Sequence record: NC_073323.1
DNA length: 45,288 nt
Direction: 5' to 3' (one strand)
Source: Escherichia phage vB_EcoS-phiEc3
Part shown: piece after piece, positions 44,677 to 45,288 of the stretch
How positions within the stretch are numbered: position 1 is the stretch's first letter
Layout of the letters: each line of letters begins with the position of its first letter
The notes under the pieces: model-generated
What the model was told of the DNA's origin: nothing
Database searches by the model: none
What the model saw: only the letters and a program-made list of their open reading frames with translations
Made by a program: the position numbers and the translations under genes

Positions 44677-44768
44677 ACATCCCGCCCAATCCCCTTATAT
44701 AATCCCTTTAGACGCGTAGGGCGCGTCTGGTGCGCTCTGATGGTCAGACGCATATGCAAGGGGATTCT

Positions 44769-45278
44769 ATGAAGCTGAAACTTAAGCAGCCATCGCCAGA
44801 GGTGGTACAAGCTGCACATGAAGAAGCTGTTAGCGCAAACCGTCGCCGTAAACGACCGCGCGGTAAACAGAGCCTTTATCAATCATCCCGTAATTCCGCT
44901 GCGCTGTGGGACCCGGACTATTGCGACGAATTGATTCGTTTCTTTGACCGCACGTCGTGGGAGCTTGTGCCCACGTCCAAAGGTGACGAACGCCCGCTGA
45001 TTCAGGATAAACCGCCATCACTGGCCCGCTTCGCCTTACACATCGGCGTCACTATCCCTATTATTAAGCTTTGGCTGCGTGAGATTCCCGCATTTGCAGA
45101 AGCCTGGGAGACAGCACAGGCGCTGGAAGAGGCATACTTCACTGAAACGGGGGCCGCGGGCATCTCTGCTACGTTTGCTGCCGCGAAACTGGGCCTGAAT
45201 AAAACAGTTGTCGCCGAAGAAGTACGCGACGAGCCAATCAGCGAAGTAACAATTAAGGTGGTGTCCGGTGAACGTTAA
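44769..45278 (+). CDS. Terminase small subunit
   Basis: Basic N-terminal region (RRRKRPRGK), position directly upstream of large terminase frame; ATG after AAGGGGA (track ORF from 44730). Confidence 0.6.
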   Translation: MKLKLKQPSPEVVQAAHEEAVSANRRRKRPRGKQSLYQSSRNSAALWDPDYCDELIRFFDRTSWELVPTSKGDERPLIQDKPPSLARFALHIGVTIPIIKLWLREIPAFAEAWETAQALEEAYFTETGAAGISATFAAAKLGLNKTVVAEEVRDEPISEVTIKVVSGER

Positions 45279-45288
45279 TATCACGGCA

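Noticed and set aside
1-45288. CRISPR array or tRNA genes
   Set aside because: No regularly spaced direct repeats with unique spacers and no tRNA-like cloverleaf seen in any intergenic region.

Overview
The window reads as a nearly complete, possibly complete, genome of a tailed dsDNA phage (siphovirus-like, lambda-type tail tip) of an enterobacterial-type host. Layout: (1) plus-strand morphogenesis block 1-24053: large terminase (5' end at the window edge), portal, head morphogenesis protein, scaffold, major capsid, connector and tail proteins, tape measure, gpM/L/K/I-J-like tip proteins and a tailspike, interrupted by a minus-strand cassette at 11829-13933 and by an Rz/Rz1 spanin pair at 4928-5423; (2) minus-strand replication/recombination block 24082-37293: SF2 helicase, C5-cytosine methyltransferase, VRR-NUC, family A DNA polymerase, gp2.5-like SSB, Cas4-like nuclease, primase-helicase, AlpA-like HTH; (3) plus-strand early block 37771-45278: many small overlapping ORFs, an HslV-like Ntn hydrolase, holin/endolysin, small terminase. 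No integrase, CI-type repressor, tRNA or CRISPR array was found. Most notable: two paralogous structured leader RNAs with compensatory base-pair changes, each downstream of a conserved promoter and upstream of a terminator-like hairpin; a family of at least eight promoters sharing an AATAG-N4-CTATT dyad; a methyltransferase whose motifs are split across two reading frames; an opposite-strand phosphoesterase cassette inside the tail genes; and a standalone HslV-like protease. All functional calls come from motif recognition by eye, with no database searches, and manually derived coordinates for promoters, terminators and sub-60-aa ORFs may be off by 1-2 nt.
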